A stretch of DNA of 48,237 nt, taken from positions 1 through 48,237 of the forward strand of contig CAVFWX010000002.1 in assembly GCA_963626225.1 (NCBI GenBank). Reading direction: 5' to 3'. The position numbers were made by a program, and so were the translations under genes. The notes beneath the pieces are model-generated. The model worked only from the letters and a program-made list of their open reading frames with translations. It was not told where the DNA came from and ran no database searches. This document shows, piece after piece, positions 7,950-16,744 of this stretch. Each line of letters begins with the position of its first letter. Position 1 is the stretch's first letter. Source of the DNA: Anaerotignum sp. Its GTDB lineage: Bacteria; Bacillota; Negativicutes; Selenomonadales; Selenomonadaceae.

Positions 7950-9239
7950 ATGCACCTTTTAAAATGGCTTTATCCCGGCATGAAATTCAAACGCTGGCTG
8001 CTACTTTTTGGCGCCGGGGTTATGGTAGTCAGCCTGGGTATCGCAGTGGTTTTCAACTACAAGTACATTGACCACATAGAGGAAGCTATTTTCAGGGCGG
8101 TATATCTTTGGTCTGGCAGCTATGACTACAAGTTTACTGCCCTGGCAGGTGGTGCCATGGTGGCTGTAGGTCTCAGCGTCATGCTGATTGCCGCCAAGTT
8201 CATCATCAAATCCGTTATTACTGTGTTGCTGCCTACCAATTCATCAGAAAAACTGGTGGATTTGATCTACGAAAAGCGGATGCTGGGCAAAGGTCCGGAA
8301 ATCGCTGTAGTAGGCGGTGGCCATGGCCTGTCAGTGCTGCTTAGAGGCATCAAGCAGGCTACTTCTAATGTTACGGCAGTAGTGACCGTAGCAGATGATG
8401 GAGGTTCCTCCGGGCGGCTACGGCAGGATCTGGGGATTATTCCTCCGGGAGATTTGCGGAACTGCCTGGTGGCTCTGGCAGATACGGAGCCTTTGATGGA
8501 AAAGCTTTTCCAGCACCGCTTTGAGGGAAATAGCGAGCTGGCTGGTCACAGCTTTGGCAATCTCTTTATTGCTGCTATGGCCCAGGTAACTGGGGATATG
8601 GAAACAGCCCTGCTGGAATCCTCCAAGGTTCTGGCGGTAAAGGGCAAGGTACTGCCTGCCAGCAAGGACTTTGTCCGCTTGGATGCCATTATGGAAGATG
8701 GCAGCATTGTCTGCGGCGAGTCCAAGATTCCGGAGGCTCATAAGCGTATTCATAGGGTAAAGCTTTATCCGGAGCACGCCGAGGCGGTACAGTCTTCCTT
8801 GGATGCCATCAGGACAGCCTCTGCCATCGTGCTGGGGCCAGGGAGCCTGTACACCAGCATTATGCCAAATTTGCTGGTAGAGGGCATTGGTGATGCAGTA
8901 TGCCGCAGCAAGGCGGTGAAAATCTATATCTGCAATGTTATGACCCAGCCGGGAGAAACTGATGGCTATACTGCTTCCATGCATGTAAAGGCTATTATGG
9001 ATCATGCAGGTCGCAATGCAGTGGATTATGTTATCGTAAATTCCACCCCGGTGCCAGAGAATTTGAAGCGTAAATACGCGGAAAAGGGTGCCTATCCGGT
9101 GTTGGTAGATGACGAGGAGCTGAACAAGCTGGGAGTAGGCGTTATCAAAGCGGATTTGATTACCTCCAAGGATGCCATTCACCACGACCCAAAGAAGCTG
9201 TGCGACAGCGTTATGCGGGTGGTTTATGAGAAGCTGTAA
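7950..9239 (+). CDS. yvcK: YvcK/GlmR gluconeogenesis factor (UDP-GlcNAc binding) with an N-terminal membrane extension
   Basis: GGGHGL, VADDGGSSGRLR, PPGDLRNCL, GHSFGNL, LGPGSLYTS; two N-terminal hydrophobic segments. Confidence 0.93.
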   Translation: MHLLKWLYPGMKFKRWLLLFGAGVMVVSLGIAVVFNYKYIDHIEEAIFRAVYLWSGSYDYKFTALAGGAMVAVGLSVMLIAAKFIIKSVITVLLPTNSSEKLVDLIYEKRMLGKGPEIAVVGGGHGLSVLLRGIKQATSNVTAVVTVADDGGSSGRLRQDLGIIPPGDLRNCLVALADTEPLMEKLFQHRFEGNSELAGHSFGNLFIAAMAQVTGDMETALLESSKVLAVKGKVLPASKDFVRLDAIMEDGSIVCGESKIPEAHKRIHRVKLYPEHAEAVQSSLDAIRTASAIVLGPGSLYTSIMPNLLVEGIGDAVCRSKAVKIYICNVMTQPGETDGYTASMHVKAIMDHAGRNAVDYVIVNSTPVPENLKRKYAEKGAYPVLVDDEELNKLGVGVIKADLITSKDAIHHDPKKLCDSVMRVVYEKL

Positions 9240-9254
9240 GGCTAGGCGGTAAAT

Positions 9255-10184
9255 ATGTCATCCTTTGCAACAGAAGTAAAAAATGAGCTGTCCCGGAACA
9301 ATATCCGGAAGGAGTGCTGCCGCAATGCAGAGCTGGCAGCACTTTTACGCATGGGAGCCTCCATTATGATTGGTGCCCGCATGAACCTGGGCTTGAATTT
9401 CATTACGGAAAATGCAGCTGTAGCCCGCCGGGTGTTGCAGCTGTTGAAGGATACGGGACAGGTTCGGCCGGAGGTAACGGTAAGCCGTGCCAAAAGATTG
9501 AAGAAAAATAACAGCTATCTGTTGAGGGTAGCACCCTCTCCGGCTGTCCGTCCCTTGATGGAAAATCTAGGCATGCTGGGCAATGATGATGAGAAGGCTG
9601 GCAGCGACAAGGGGCTGCTGCGGCGAAAATGCTGTCGCAAGGCTTATCTGCGGGGAGCCTTCCTTGGGGGAGGCACTGTAAATCGTCCGGAGGCTAAGTC
9701 CCATTTGGAACTGGTGACAGGCAGCTATGGCTTTGCCCAGACCTTGGTTCATGTGCTGAAGAATATGGCCTTTCCTGTAGGTTTGACGGACAGGAAGAAT
9801 AAATATCAGATTTATCTGAAGGACGGGGAGGAAATCATGGACTTACTATCCATGATTGGAGCACCCAAGGCTGTGGAACAGCTGGAGGTGGCTCGAAATC
9901 TTCGGGAAGTGCGAAACCAAGTAAACCGTCTTGTAAATTGCGAAACGGCAAATCTTCAGCGGACGGTGGAGGCAGCGGTGGAGCAGGTAGCCGCTATCCG
10001 CTATTTGCAGCAGCGGGGGCTGGAAAAGTTGCCTGCCAAGCTACAGGCCATGGCGGAGCTTAGGTTGGAGCATCCAGATGCTTCCCTAGCAGAGCTGGGG
10101 GAAATGTTGGGCATTAGTCGGGGAGCAGCCGCTAACAGGCTGAAAAAGCTTGTGGCAAGGGCTGAAGCAGCCAAGAATGAATAA
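9255..10184 (+). CDS. whiA: DNA-binding protein WhiA
   Basis: SFATEVKNEL, YLRGAFLGGG, NRLVNCETANL, C-terminal HTH; follows rapZ-yvcK. Confidence 0.95.
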   Translation: MSSFATEVKNELSRNNIRKECCRNAELAALLRMGASIMIGARMNLGLNFITENAAVARRVLQLLKDTGQVRPEVTVSRAKRLKKNNSYLLRVAPSPAVRPLMENLGMLGNDDEKAGSDKGLLRRKCCRKAYLRGAFLGGGTVNRPEAKSHLELVTGSYGFAQTLVHVLKNMAFPVGLTDRKNKYQIYLKDGEEIMDLLSMIGAPKAVEQLEVARNLREVRNQVNRLVNCETANLQRTVEAAVEQVAAIRYLQQRGLEKLPAKLQAMAELRLEHPDASLAELGEMLGISRGAAANRLKKLVARAEAAKNE

Positions 10185-10201
10185 AAAAGGAGATTTTTCT
10201 C

Positions 10202-11008
10202 TTGAAAAAATATCTTAAATATGTGGCAGGGACAATTATTGTCCTAGTGCTGGCTTTCTGGGCAGGCATTGAGTATTTGCTGTCCCAGCCGGAGCCGGAG
10301 GGATTCCCTATCCTGGAATATCATATGGTACAGCAGGAGACACCAAAGGATGCCTATGCCTACAATGTGCCGGTGGAGGATTTTATCCAGCAGCTGGATT
10401 ATCTTCAGCAGCAGGGCTATACCACAATTTCCATCAGGGATTTCTTGCGGGCTAAGAAGGGGCTACAGGAGCTGCCGGAGAAGCCAGTTATCCTTACCTT
10501 TGACGATGGCTATGAAAGCAATTACACAGAGCTGCTGCCTATTCTGGAGCAGCGGGGGCTGAAGGCTACCGTGTTTATGGTAGGCAATGACATCGGCAAG
10601 AAAAACTATATGTCCTGGCAGCAGCTGAAGGATATGGAAAACCGGGGCATTGAAATCGGCAGCCATACGGCAAATCATCTGCCTTTGACGGAAATGCCGG
10701 CAGACAAGGCAAGGGAAGAGGTAAAGCTGTCCAAGCTTCTCATGGAGTGGAACGGCATGAAAACCATCTATACCCTGTCCTATCCTAATGGCAAATACAC
10801 CCCGGATATGGGGGAAATGCTGAAGGAGGAGGAGTATCTGGCTGCTGTAACAGGCGATGCAGGCTTGAATACCTTTGATACGGATCCATATCAGCTGCAG
10901 CGTATCAATATTCCACATCCAACCTTCGGCATTAACGAGTTCAAATGGCGGCTGCTGAAGGGCAGGATTTTTGCCCAGCTAGGGCTGTGGCAGCACAAAG
11001 CAGAATAA
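10202..11008 (+). CDS. Polysaccharide deacetylase (CE4/NodB family) with an N-terminal membrane anchor
   Basis: PILEYH, LTFDDGY, IGSHTANH, SYPNG; TTG start after AGGAG. Confidence 0.9.
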   Translation: MKKYLKYVAGTIIVLVLAFWAGIEYLLSQPEPEGFPILEYHMVQQETPKDAYAYNVPVEDFIQQLDYLQQQGYTTISIRDFLRAKKGLQELPEKPVILTFDDGYESNYTELLPILEQRGLKATVFMVGNDIGKKNYMSWQQLKDMENRGIEIGSHTANHLPLTEMPADKAREEVKLSKLLMEWNGMKTIYTLSYPNGKYTPDMGEMLKEEEYLAAVTGDAGLNTFDTDPYQLQRINIPHPTFGINEFKWRLLKGRIFAQLGLWQHKAE

Positions 11009-11027
11009 AAGGGAGCGGTAAAGGAAA

Positions 11028-12362
11028 GTGAATTTTTCGATAAAAAAGGCATTGGTACTGGGATGTGCCCTGTGCACTATTATGTCCCCGGCCTATGCCC
11101 GTGTACACGGAGGAGCAGATAAGAACCAGACCAGGGTGAATAAGGTGGAGGCTGTCCAGAAGGATGACCCTCAGGCTGTGGAGCTGGCTGTAAATATGAA
11201 TGTGGATGGCATCCATCCAAAATACGGTAACAGGGTGCCGGAGTCCTGGCATCCTATGGATTCTGTAGAGTGGCAGGCACAGGAGCAGGACAGCCCCCAG
11301 GAGCTGCATAGATGGCCGGTAAATACCGTTGACAACGGCGGCACATTGCTGTTTTCAGACAGCCCTGAATACGTGGAGGAAAATGGCATTCTCTATTCTG
11401 ATGTGGTGGATGGCACAGGCAGGATTTTTTACTATCACCTGAACAATACCAATCAGAACAAGAAGATTGCCGTGGTGCTGGAAAATGCGGGGGAATATAC
11501 TGCAGTTGTCCATGTGGAGCGACAGGGATTGAGTGCTCCTAGCGACAATTATCTCTGGGTAGGCAAGACCAGCCAGCAACAGCACATGGAAAGCATGGTC
11601 AACAAGGATATTTTTGTTTTTTCCGGGCGGAAAAAGCTTTTGGATGAGGTAGCTGGCAAAACCATCGTGAAGCCGGGGCAGCTGGTAAACGGCATTTATG
11701 ATTTCAATACTACCGGCCCGGTAAGGTTGTCTGTTATTATGTACAATCCTGGAGATAATCCTCTGACCTTTGTGGAAAAGGCAAAGGTGCTGCCAAAGGA
11801 CGAGCATCGGCTGCGGGGTACCTATCAGGGCATGAATCGGACAATTCGTGCTGTCAAGGAGTATGACCCGCTGCAGGATGGTGCTGTATTCATCCCTCTG
11901 GCAGATAATGACCGGGATATTTACCGCAAGGGCATTGATGCTACTGATGGCAGTGAAACAGAAAACTACGGCAACTATGGCATTATGTATGAGCTGGACA
12001 TACCTATCAAGGGTGATGCAGATATCCAGTATCTCCTCTGCCCTCAGGGTGGGGTATATGCCGGAGCCATGACCGTAAAGGACCTTCAGGCAGATAGAAG
12101 GTATCTCCTTTCCACACCAGGCAACAAGCTGTTCTTCGGGGACAAAAAGGTTGATGACTATACTGGCAGCCGTTTCCCTGCTACGGAGAATATTGATTAT
12201 ATTTATTACAACAGCGAGTTGGAGGATTTGGGTGTTTATAGCGGAAAAATGCAGCTGGCCTTTGAATTTTCTCCTCCGGGAGCCTCCAATCTGCCGGTAA
12301 ATTTCATAATTATGCCGGCAACCCAGGCAATGGGACTTGCATATAAATGGGAAAAAAGGTAA
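11028..12362 (+). CDS. Exported protein of unknown function (family often labelled copper-amine-oxidase-like)
   Basis: Signal peptide ending AYA; LLFSDSPE, YYHLN, HRLRGT, NYGNYG.Y, FSPPGASNLP motifs. Confidence 0.6.
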   Translation: MNFSIKKALVLGCALCTIMSPAYARVHGGADKNQTRVNKVEAVQKDDPQAVELAVNMNVDGIHPKYGNRVPESWHPMDSVEWQAQEQDSPQELHRWPVNTVDNGGTLLFSDSPEYVEENGILYSDVVDGTGRIFYYHLNNTNQNKKIAVVLENAGEYTAVVHVERQGLSAPSDNYLWVGKTSQQQHMESMVNKDIFVFSGRKKLLDEVAGKTIVKPGQLVNGIYDFNTTGPVRLSVIMYNPGDNPLTFVEKAKVLPKDEHRLRGTYQGMNRTIRAVKEYDPLQDGAVFIPLADNDRDIYRKGIDATDGSETENYGNYGIMYELDIPIKGDADIQYLLCPQGGVYAGAMTVKDLQADRRYLLSTPGNKLFFGDKKVDDYTGSRFPATENIDYIYYNSELEDLGVYSGKMQLAFEFSPPGASNLPVNFIIMPATQAMGLAYKWEKR

Positions 12363-12365
12363 AAT
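12337..12365 (+). promoter_or_regulatory. Sigma-A promoter of scfA
   Basis: TTGCAT-17 nt-TAAAAT, about 40 nt upstream of the scfA start. Confidence 0.6.
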
Positions 12366-12403
12366 GTAAAGAGATTTTTATATGTTGAAGGAGGTTTACC
12401 TTT

Positions 12404-12547
12404 ATGAAGCACATTCAGACTGTTAATCAGCCTACTCTGCAGCTCACCAAGAATTCTGGCGGCTGTGGCGAATGCCAGGCATCCTGCCAGTCCGCCTGCA
12501 AGACTTCCTGCACTGTTGGCAACCAGGTTTGCGAGAGCAAGAAATAA
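12404..12547 (+). CDS. scfA: Six-cysteine ranthipeptide (SCIFF) precursor, 47 aa
   Basis: SD AAGGAGG; MKHIQTVNQPTLQLTKNSGGCGECQASCQSACKTSCTVGNQVCESKK carries the GGCGECQxSCQSACKTSCTV signature; directly upstream of a radical SAM maturase. Missing from the ORF track. Confidence 0.97.
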   Translation: MKHIQTVNQPTLQLTKNSGGCGECQASCQSACKTSCTVGNQVCESKK

Positions 12548-12559
12548 GGTTTAGAGATG

Positions 12560-12587
12560 AGGCTCCCTGTTGCAGGGAGCCTTTTTT
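12560..12587 (+). terminator. Terminator or attenuator between scfA and scfB
   Basis: AGGCTCCCTG-ttg-CAGGGAGCCT-TTTTT. Confidence 0.8.
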
Positions 12588-12633
12588 CGCTTGAACTTCC
12601 ATGATACTTGAATATAGGAGAGATAGAGATTTC

Positions 12634-14037
12634 ATGAAAACCGAGATGAAGAATAAAATTCACAAGTTCATCCAGAGCGGGATGTACATCCTGCTGGATA
12701 TTAACAGCGGTGCTGTTCATGTGGTAGACCAGATGATTTTTGATATGATGGATTATTTTGACGGAGAAAACGATGCCGAGGTACTGGCAGAGCTGATCGG
12801 CAAATATCCAGAGGCTGATTTGAAGGAAGCCTTGGAGGAACTCCATTATCTTATTAAAATCCAGCAGCTTTTTGCCCCAGATATTGATGTGCCGCCCACC
12901 TTTAAGCAGAAGGGCCTGGTAAAGTCCCTGTGCCTGATGATTGCCCAGGACTGTAATTTGAGATGTAAATACTGCTTTGGCGACGGCGGCAGCTACGGTC
13001 AGGAAAGGGCTGTTATGAGTCCTGAGACTGGCTGCAAGGCTGTAGATTTCCTCATTGAGGCCAGCGGCCCTCGCAAGCACTGTGAAATGGACTTCTTCGG
13101 CGGTGAGCCTCTTATGAATATGAAGACCGTGAAGGCGGTAACGGAATATGTCCGCAAGCGGGAAAAGGAAACTGGCAAGAAGTTTAAGCTCACCTTGACT
13201 ACCAATGGCATTTTGCTGAATGATGCCAATATCAAATGGCTCAACGATAATGAATTTTCCCTGGTGCTGTCCTTGGATGGCCGTCGGGAGGTACATGATG
13301 CCATGCGTCCATGCGTAGGAGGCCAAGGCAGTTATGATAAGGCGGTAAAGAATTTCCATAAGTGCCTGGACAGCCGCAAGGGTGGGGATTATGACTACCG
13401 TGGGGTATATACATATCTCCGTGGCACTTATACCAAGAACAATATGGACTTTACAGAGGATGTGCTGTCCATGAATGATGAGGGCTTTGATATCCTATCC
13501 ATGGAGCCTGTGGTGCTGAAGGACAGTCCGTTGGGCTTTACGGATGAGGATCTGCCACGGATTTCCCAGGAATATGACAAGCTGACAGATGCCTACCTCA
13601 AGCGTTGGCGGGAGGGGAAGGGCTTCTTCTTCTTCCACTTCAATATGGATCTATCCAATGGCCCATGCGTGGCCAAGCGGCTTTCCGGCTGTGGTGCCGG
13701 CCATGAGTATTTTGCCGTAGCGGAAAATGGGGATCTTTATCCATGCCATCAGTTTGTAGGCAGGGAGAAATATCGCTTAGGCTCCTTGGACGAGGGAGTT
13801 ACTGACCAGCACTGGCCACAGTATTTCCGGGAAAGCCATGTGCTGAACAAGGAAAAATGCCGCACCTGCTGGTCCAGGTTCTTCTGCTCCGGCGGCTGCC
13901 ATGCCAATGCAGATCTCTTCCATGGGGATATCCGTCAGCCTTATGAAACCGGTTGCGAAATCCAGAAGAAGCGGCTGGAGTGTGCCATTGCTGTACAGGC
14001 TATTATGAAGCTTGAGAAAGAGGCGGCTGAAAACTAA
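12634..14037 (+). CDS. scfB: SCIFF thioether cross-link-forming radical SAM/SPASM maturase
   Basis: CNLRCKYC (CxxxCxxC), DFFGGEPLMN, SPASM cysteines CGAG..YPCHQF..C..C...FCSGGCHAN...C..QKKRLEC, N-terminal RRE-like region. Start chosen after AGGAG; 12601 is an alternative. Confidence 0.95.
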   Translation: MKTEMKNKIHKFIQSGMYILLDINSGAVHVVDQMIFDMMDYFDGENDAEVLAELIGKYPEADLKEALEELHYLIKIQQLFAPDIDVPPTFKQKGLVKSLCLMIAQDCNLRCKYCFGDGGSYGQERAVMSPETGCKAVDFLIEASGPRKHCEMDFFGGEPLMNMKTVKAVTEYVRKREKETGKKFKLTLTTNGILLNDANIKWLNDNEFSLVLSLDGRREVHDAMRPCVGGQGSYDKAVKNFHKCLDSRKGGDYDYRGVYTYLRGTYTKNNMDFTEDVLSMNDEGFDILSMEPVVLKDSPLGFTDEDLPRISQEYDKLTDAYLKRWREGKGFFFFHFNMDLSNGPCVAKRLSGCGAGHEYFAVAENGDLYPCHQFVGREKYRLGSLDEGVTDQHWPQYFRESHVLNKEKCRTCWSRFFCSGGCHANADLFHGDIRQPYETGCEIQKKRLECAIAVQAIMKLEKEAAEN

Positions 14038-14147
14038 CAATAATATGCTTGTAAGCTAGTAATCCTATTGTTTTTCGCTCATTCTAAGTAAAATTGTATG
14101 GTTGGATATTGCTTATGCTATAATTAGTCGAATTTATGGAATTGAGA

Positions 14148-14177
14148 TTGACAATAGGCACAAAATTACGGTATTAT
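14148..14177 (+). promoter_or_regulatory. Sigma-A promoter of the glycolytic operon
   Basis: TTGACA-18 nt-TATTAT (overlapping TATAAT). Confidence 0.75.
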
Positions 14178-14192
14178 AATAGTAATCAAAGG

Positions 14193-14279
14193 AGAAGAAA
14201 TGAAGTCCGCCGAAAGGCTGCCGGTACGCCGTAGCGTGCCTCATTAGCGGGTGGCCCGCCACTGGATGACATATCTTCT
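14193..14279 (+). promoter_or_regulatory. Structured 5' leader of gap (four-way junction)
   Basis: Closing stem AGAAGA/TCTTCT, ATG/CAT, TCC/GGA enclosing GCC-GAAA-GGC, GGTACGC-CGTA-GCGTGCC and GCGGG-TGG-CCCGC hairpins; a GC-rich island in an AT-rich spacer. Confidence 0.55.
14200..14247 (+). CDS. Possible leader peptide MKSAERLPVRRSVPH (15 aa)
   Basis: AAAGGAG SD 5 nt before ATG 14200; TAG at 14245-14247. Confidence 0.3.
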   Translation: MKSAERLPVRRSVPH

Positions 14280-14317
14280 AACAATACTTTTATAAATTAT
14301 TAGGGGGTATTTTTAAC

Positions 14318-15331
14318 ATGGCAGTTAAAGTAGCTATTAATGGTTTTGGTCGTATTGGTCGTTTGGCATTCCGTCAGATGTTCGACGCTGAGGGTTATGA
14401 AGTTGTTGCAATCAATGACCTCACCAGCCCTAAGATGCTTGCACATCTGCTGAAGTACGATTCCTCTCAGGGCAAGTACAAGTACGCTGATGCTGTAACT
14501 GCAGGCGAGGATTCCATCACTGTAAACGGCAAGGAGATCAAGATCTACGCTTGCGCAGATGCTACTCAGATTCCTTGGGGTCAGCATGATGTTGATGTAG
14601 TTCTGGAGTGCACCGGCTTCTACACCTCCAAGGAGAAGGCTTCTGCTCACATTAAGGCAGGCGCAAAGAAGGTTGTTATCTCTGCTCCAGCAGGCAACGA
14701 CCTCCCTACTATCGTTTACAACGTAAACCACGAGACCCTGACTAAGGAAGACAAGGTTATCTCCGCTGCTTCCTGCACCACCAACTGCCTGGCTCCAATG
14801 GCAAAGGCTCTGAATGACCTGGCTCCAATCAAGTCCGGTATCATGGCTACCATTCATGCTTACACTGGCGACCAGATGACTCTTGATGGCCCACAGCGTA
14901 AGGGCGACCTCCGTCGTTCCCGTGCAGCTGCTGTAAACATCGTTCCTAACTCCACTGGTGCTGCTAAGGCTATCGGCCTGGTAATCCCAGAGCTGAAGGG
15001 TAAGCTCATCGGTGCTGCTCAGCGCGTTCCTACTCCTACTGGTTCCACTACTCTGCTCTTCGCTGTAGTTGACAAGGAAGTAACTGTTGAGGAAGTTAAT
15101 GCAGCTATGAAGGCTCAGGCTACCGAGTCCTTTGGCTACAACGAGGATGAGATCGTTTCCAGCGATATCGTTGGCATGAAGTTTGGTTCCCTGTTCGATG
15201 CTACCCAGACCATGGTTAGCCCTATCGGCAACGGCCAGACTCAGGTTCAGGTTGTATCCTGGTACGACAACGAGAACTCCTACACCAGCCAGATGGTTCG
15301 CACCATTAAGTTCTTCGCTGAGTTGGGCTGA
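14318..15331 (+). CDS. gap: Type I glyceraldehyde-3-phosphate dehydrogenase
   Basis: [24 protein letters not shown]. Confidence 0.98.
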   Translation: MAVKVAINGFGRIGRLAFRQMFDAEGYEVVAINDLTSPKMLAHLLKYDSSQGKYKYADAVTAGEDSITVNGKEIKIYACADATQIPWGQHDVDVVLECTGFYTSKEKASAHIKAGAKKVVISAPAGNDLPTIVYNVNHETLTKEDKVISAASCTTNCLAPMAKALNDLAPIKSGIMATIHAYTGDQMTLDGPQRKGDLRRSRAAAVNIVPNSTGAAKAIGLVIPELKGKLIGAAQRVPTPTGSTTLLFAVVDKEVTVEEVNAAMKAQATESFGYNEDEIVSSDIVGMKFGSLFDATQTMVSPIGNGQTQVQVVSWYDNENSYTSQMVRTIKFFAELG

Positions 15332-15371
15332 TTCTCTGAGTCGAGTAACTCAATAACTTAAAGATCCATTG

Positions 15372-15421
15372 AGGTCCGGCCTTTAGTCTCCTGGAGGGGA
15401 TTAGTTTGGGCCGGGCCTTTT
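15372..15421 (+). terminator. Long hairpin after gap (partial terminator or mRNA stabiliser)
   Basis: AGGTCCGGCC...TTAGTCTCC/GGGGATTAG...GGCCGGGCCT followed by a short T run. Confidence 0.65.
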
Positions 15422-15476
15422 CTTCTTGTAAAAGAAGCGGTAATCCCTATTTTGTTAGCGGAGGTAAGATTTATTC

Positions 15477-16676
15477 ATGAATATGAACAAGAAAACCATT
15501 AAAGACGTTGATTTAAAGGGTAAAAAGGTATTCTGCCGTGTTGACTACAATGTTCCATTTGATGAGAACATGAACATCACCAATGATACCCGTATCCAGG
15601 CTACTGTTCCAACTGTAACCTATCTGCTGGAGCAGGGTGCTGCTGTTATTCTCGCTTGCCACATCGGTCGTCCATCTGAGGCTCGCGAGGACAAGTTCTC
15701 CACCAAGCACATTCTGAAGCGTCTCTCCGAGGTATTCAAGCAGGATGTAAAGTGGGCTCCTGACTGCGTTGGTCCAGAGGCTGAGAAGGCTGCTGCCGAC
15801 CTGAAGCCAGGTGAGATCCTCCTGCTGGAGAACCTGCGTTATCACAAGGAAGAGAAGAAGAATGATCCTGAGTTTGCCAAGCAGCTGGCTTCTCTGGCTG
15901 ACATTGCTGTAAACGATGCTTTCGGTGTTTCCCACCGTGCTCATGCAGCTAATGTAGGCGTGGCTCAGTACATTGAGTCCGTAGCAGGCTTCCTGATGGA
16001 GAAGGAAATCAACTTCATCGGCAAGACCCTGGAGGCTCCTCAGCGTCCATTCGTTGCCATCATCGGCGGTGCCAAGGTTTCCGATAAGATCGGTGTTATC
16101 TCCAACATGATCGACAAGGTAGATACCATCATCATCGGCGGCGGCATGGCTCATACCTTTGATGCAGCTCAGGGCCTGCCTATCGGCAAGTCCCTCTGCG
16201 AGAAGGACAAGTTCGAGGAAGCTCTGGCTCAGCTGGACAAGGCAAAGCAGAAGGGTGTAAAGGTTGTTCTGCCAGTAGATCTGCGTATTGCTGACGACTT
16301 TTCTCCTAATGCCAACGTTAAAATCGTAGATGTAGATAAGGTTCCTGAGGATTGGGAGGCTCTCGACAGCGGCCCTAAGACTTCTGAGCTCTACACTGAG
16401 GCTCTTGCTGGTGCCAAGACCGTTATCTGGAACGGTCCTATGGGCGTATTTGAGTTTGATGCTTTTGCAAACGGTACTTTGGCTGTTGCCAAGGCTGTTG
16501 CTGAGGCTACCAAGAACGGTGCTACCTCTATCGTAGGTGGCGGCGACTCTATCGCAGCCCTGAAGAAGACTGGCCTGTCCGATCAGATTTCCCACATTTC
16601 CACCGGTGGCGGTGCTACCCTGGAATTCCTGGAGGGCAAGGTACTTCCTGGAATCGCAGCTATTGCTGATAAATAA
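15477..16676 (+). CDS. pgk: Phosphoglycerate kinase
   Basis: RVDYNVP, LLENLRY, GGAKVSDKI, WNGPMGVFE, HISTGGGA. Confidence 0.98.
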   Translation: MNMNKKTIKDVDLKGKKVFCRVDYNVPFDENMNITNDTRIQATVPTVTYLLEQGAAVILACHIGRPSEAREDKFSTKHILKRLSEVFKQDVKWAPDCVGPEAEKAAADLKPGEILLLENLRYHKEEKKNDPEFAKQLASLADIAVNDAFGVSHRAHAANVGVAQYIESVAGFLMEKEINFIGKTLEAPQRPFVAIIGGAKVSDKIGVISNMIDKVDTIIIGGGMAHTFDAAQGLPIGKSLCEKDKFEEALAQLDKAKQKGVKVVLPVDLRIADDFSPNANVKIVDVDKVPEDWEALDSGPKTSELYTEALAGAKTVIWNGPMGVFEFDAFANGTLAVAKAVAEATKNGATSIVGGGDSIAALKKTGLSDQISHISTGGGATLEFLEGKVLPGIAAIADK

Positions 16677-16744
16677 TTTTTCAGGCGAAAAAATCCAACC
16701 TGAAGATTGACTTTAAATTTATAATATAGGGGGATAATTTTATT

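Noticed and set aside
12427..13359. 310-aa minus-strand ORF across scfA and scfB
   Set aside because: Antisense to two confidently identified genes
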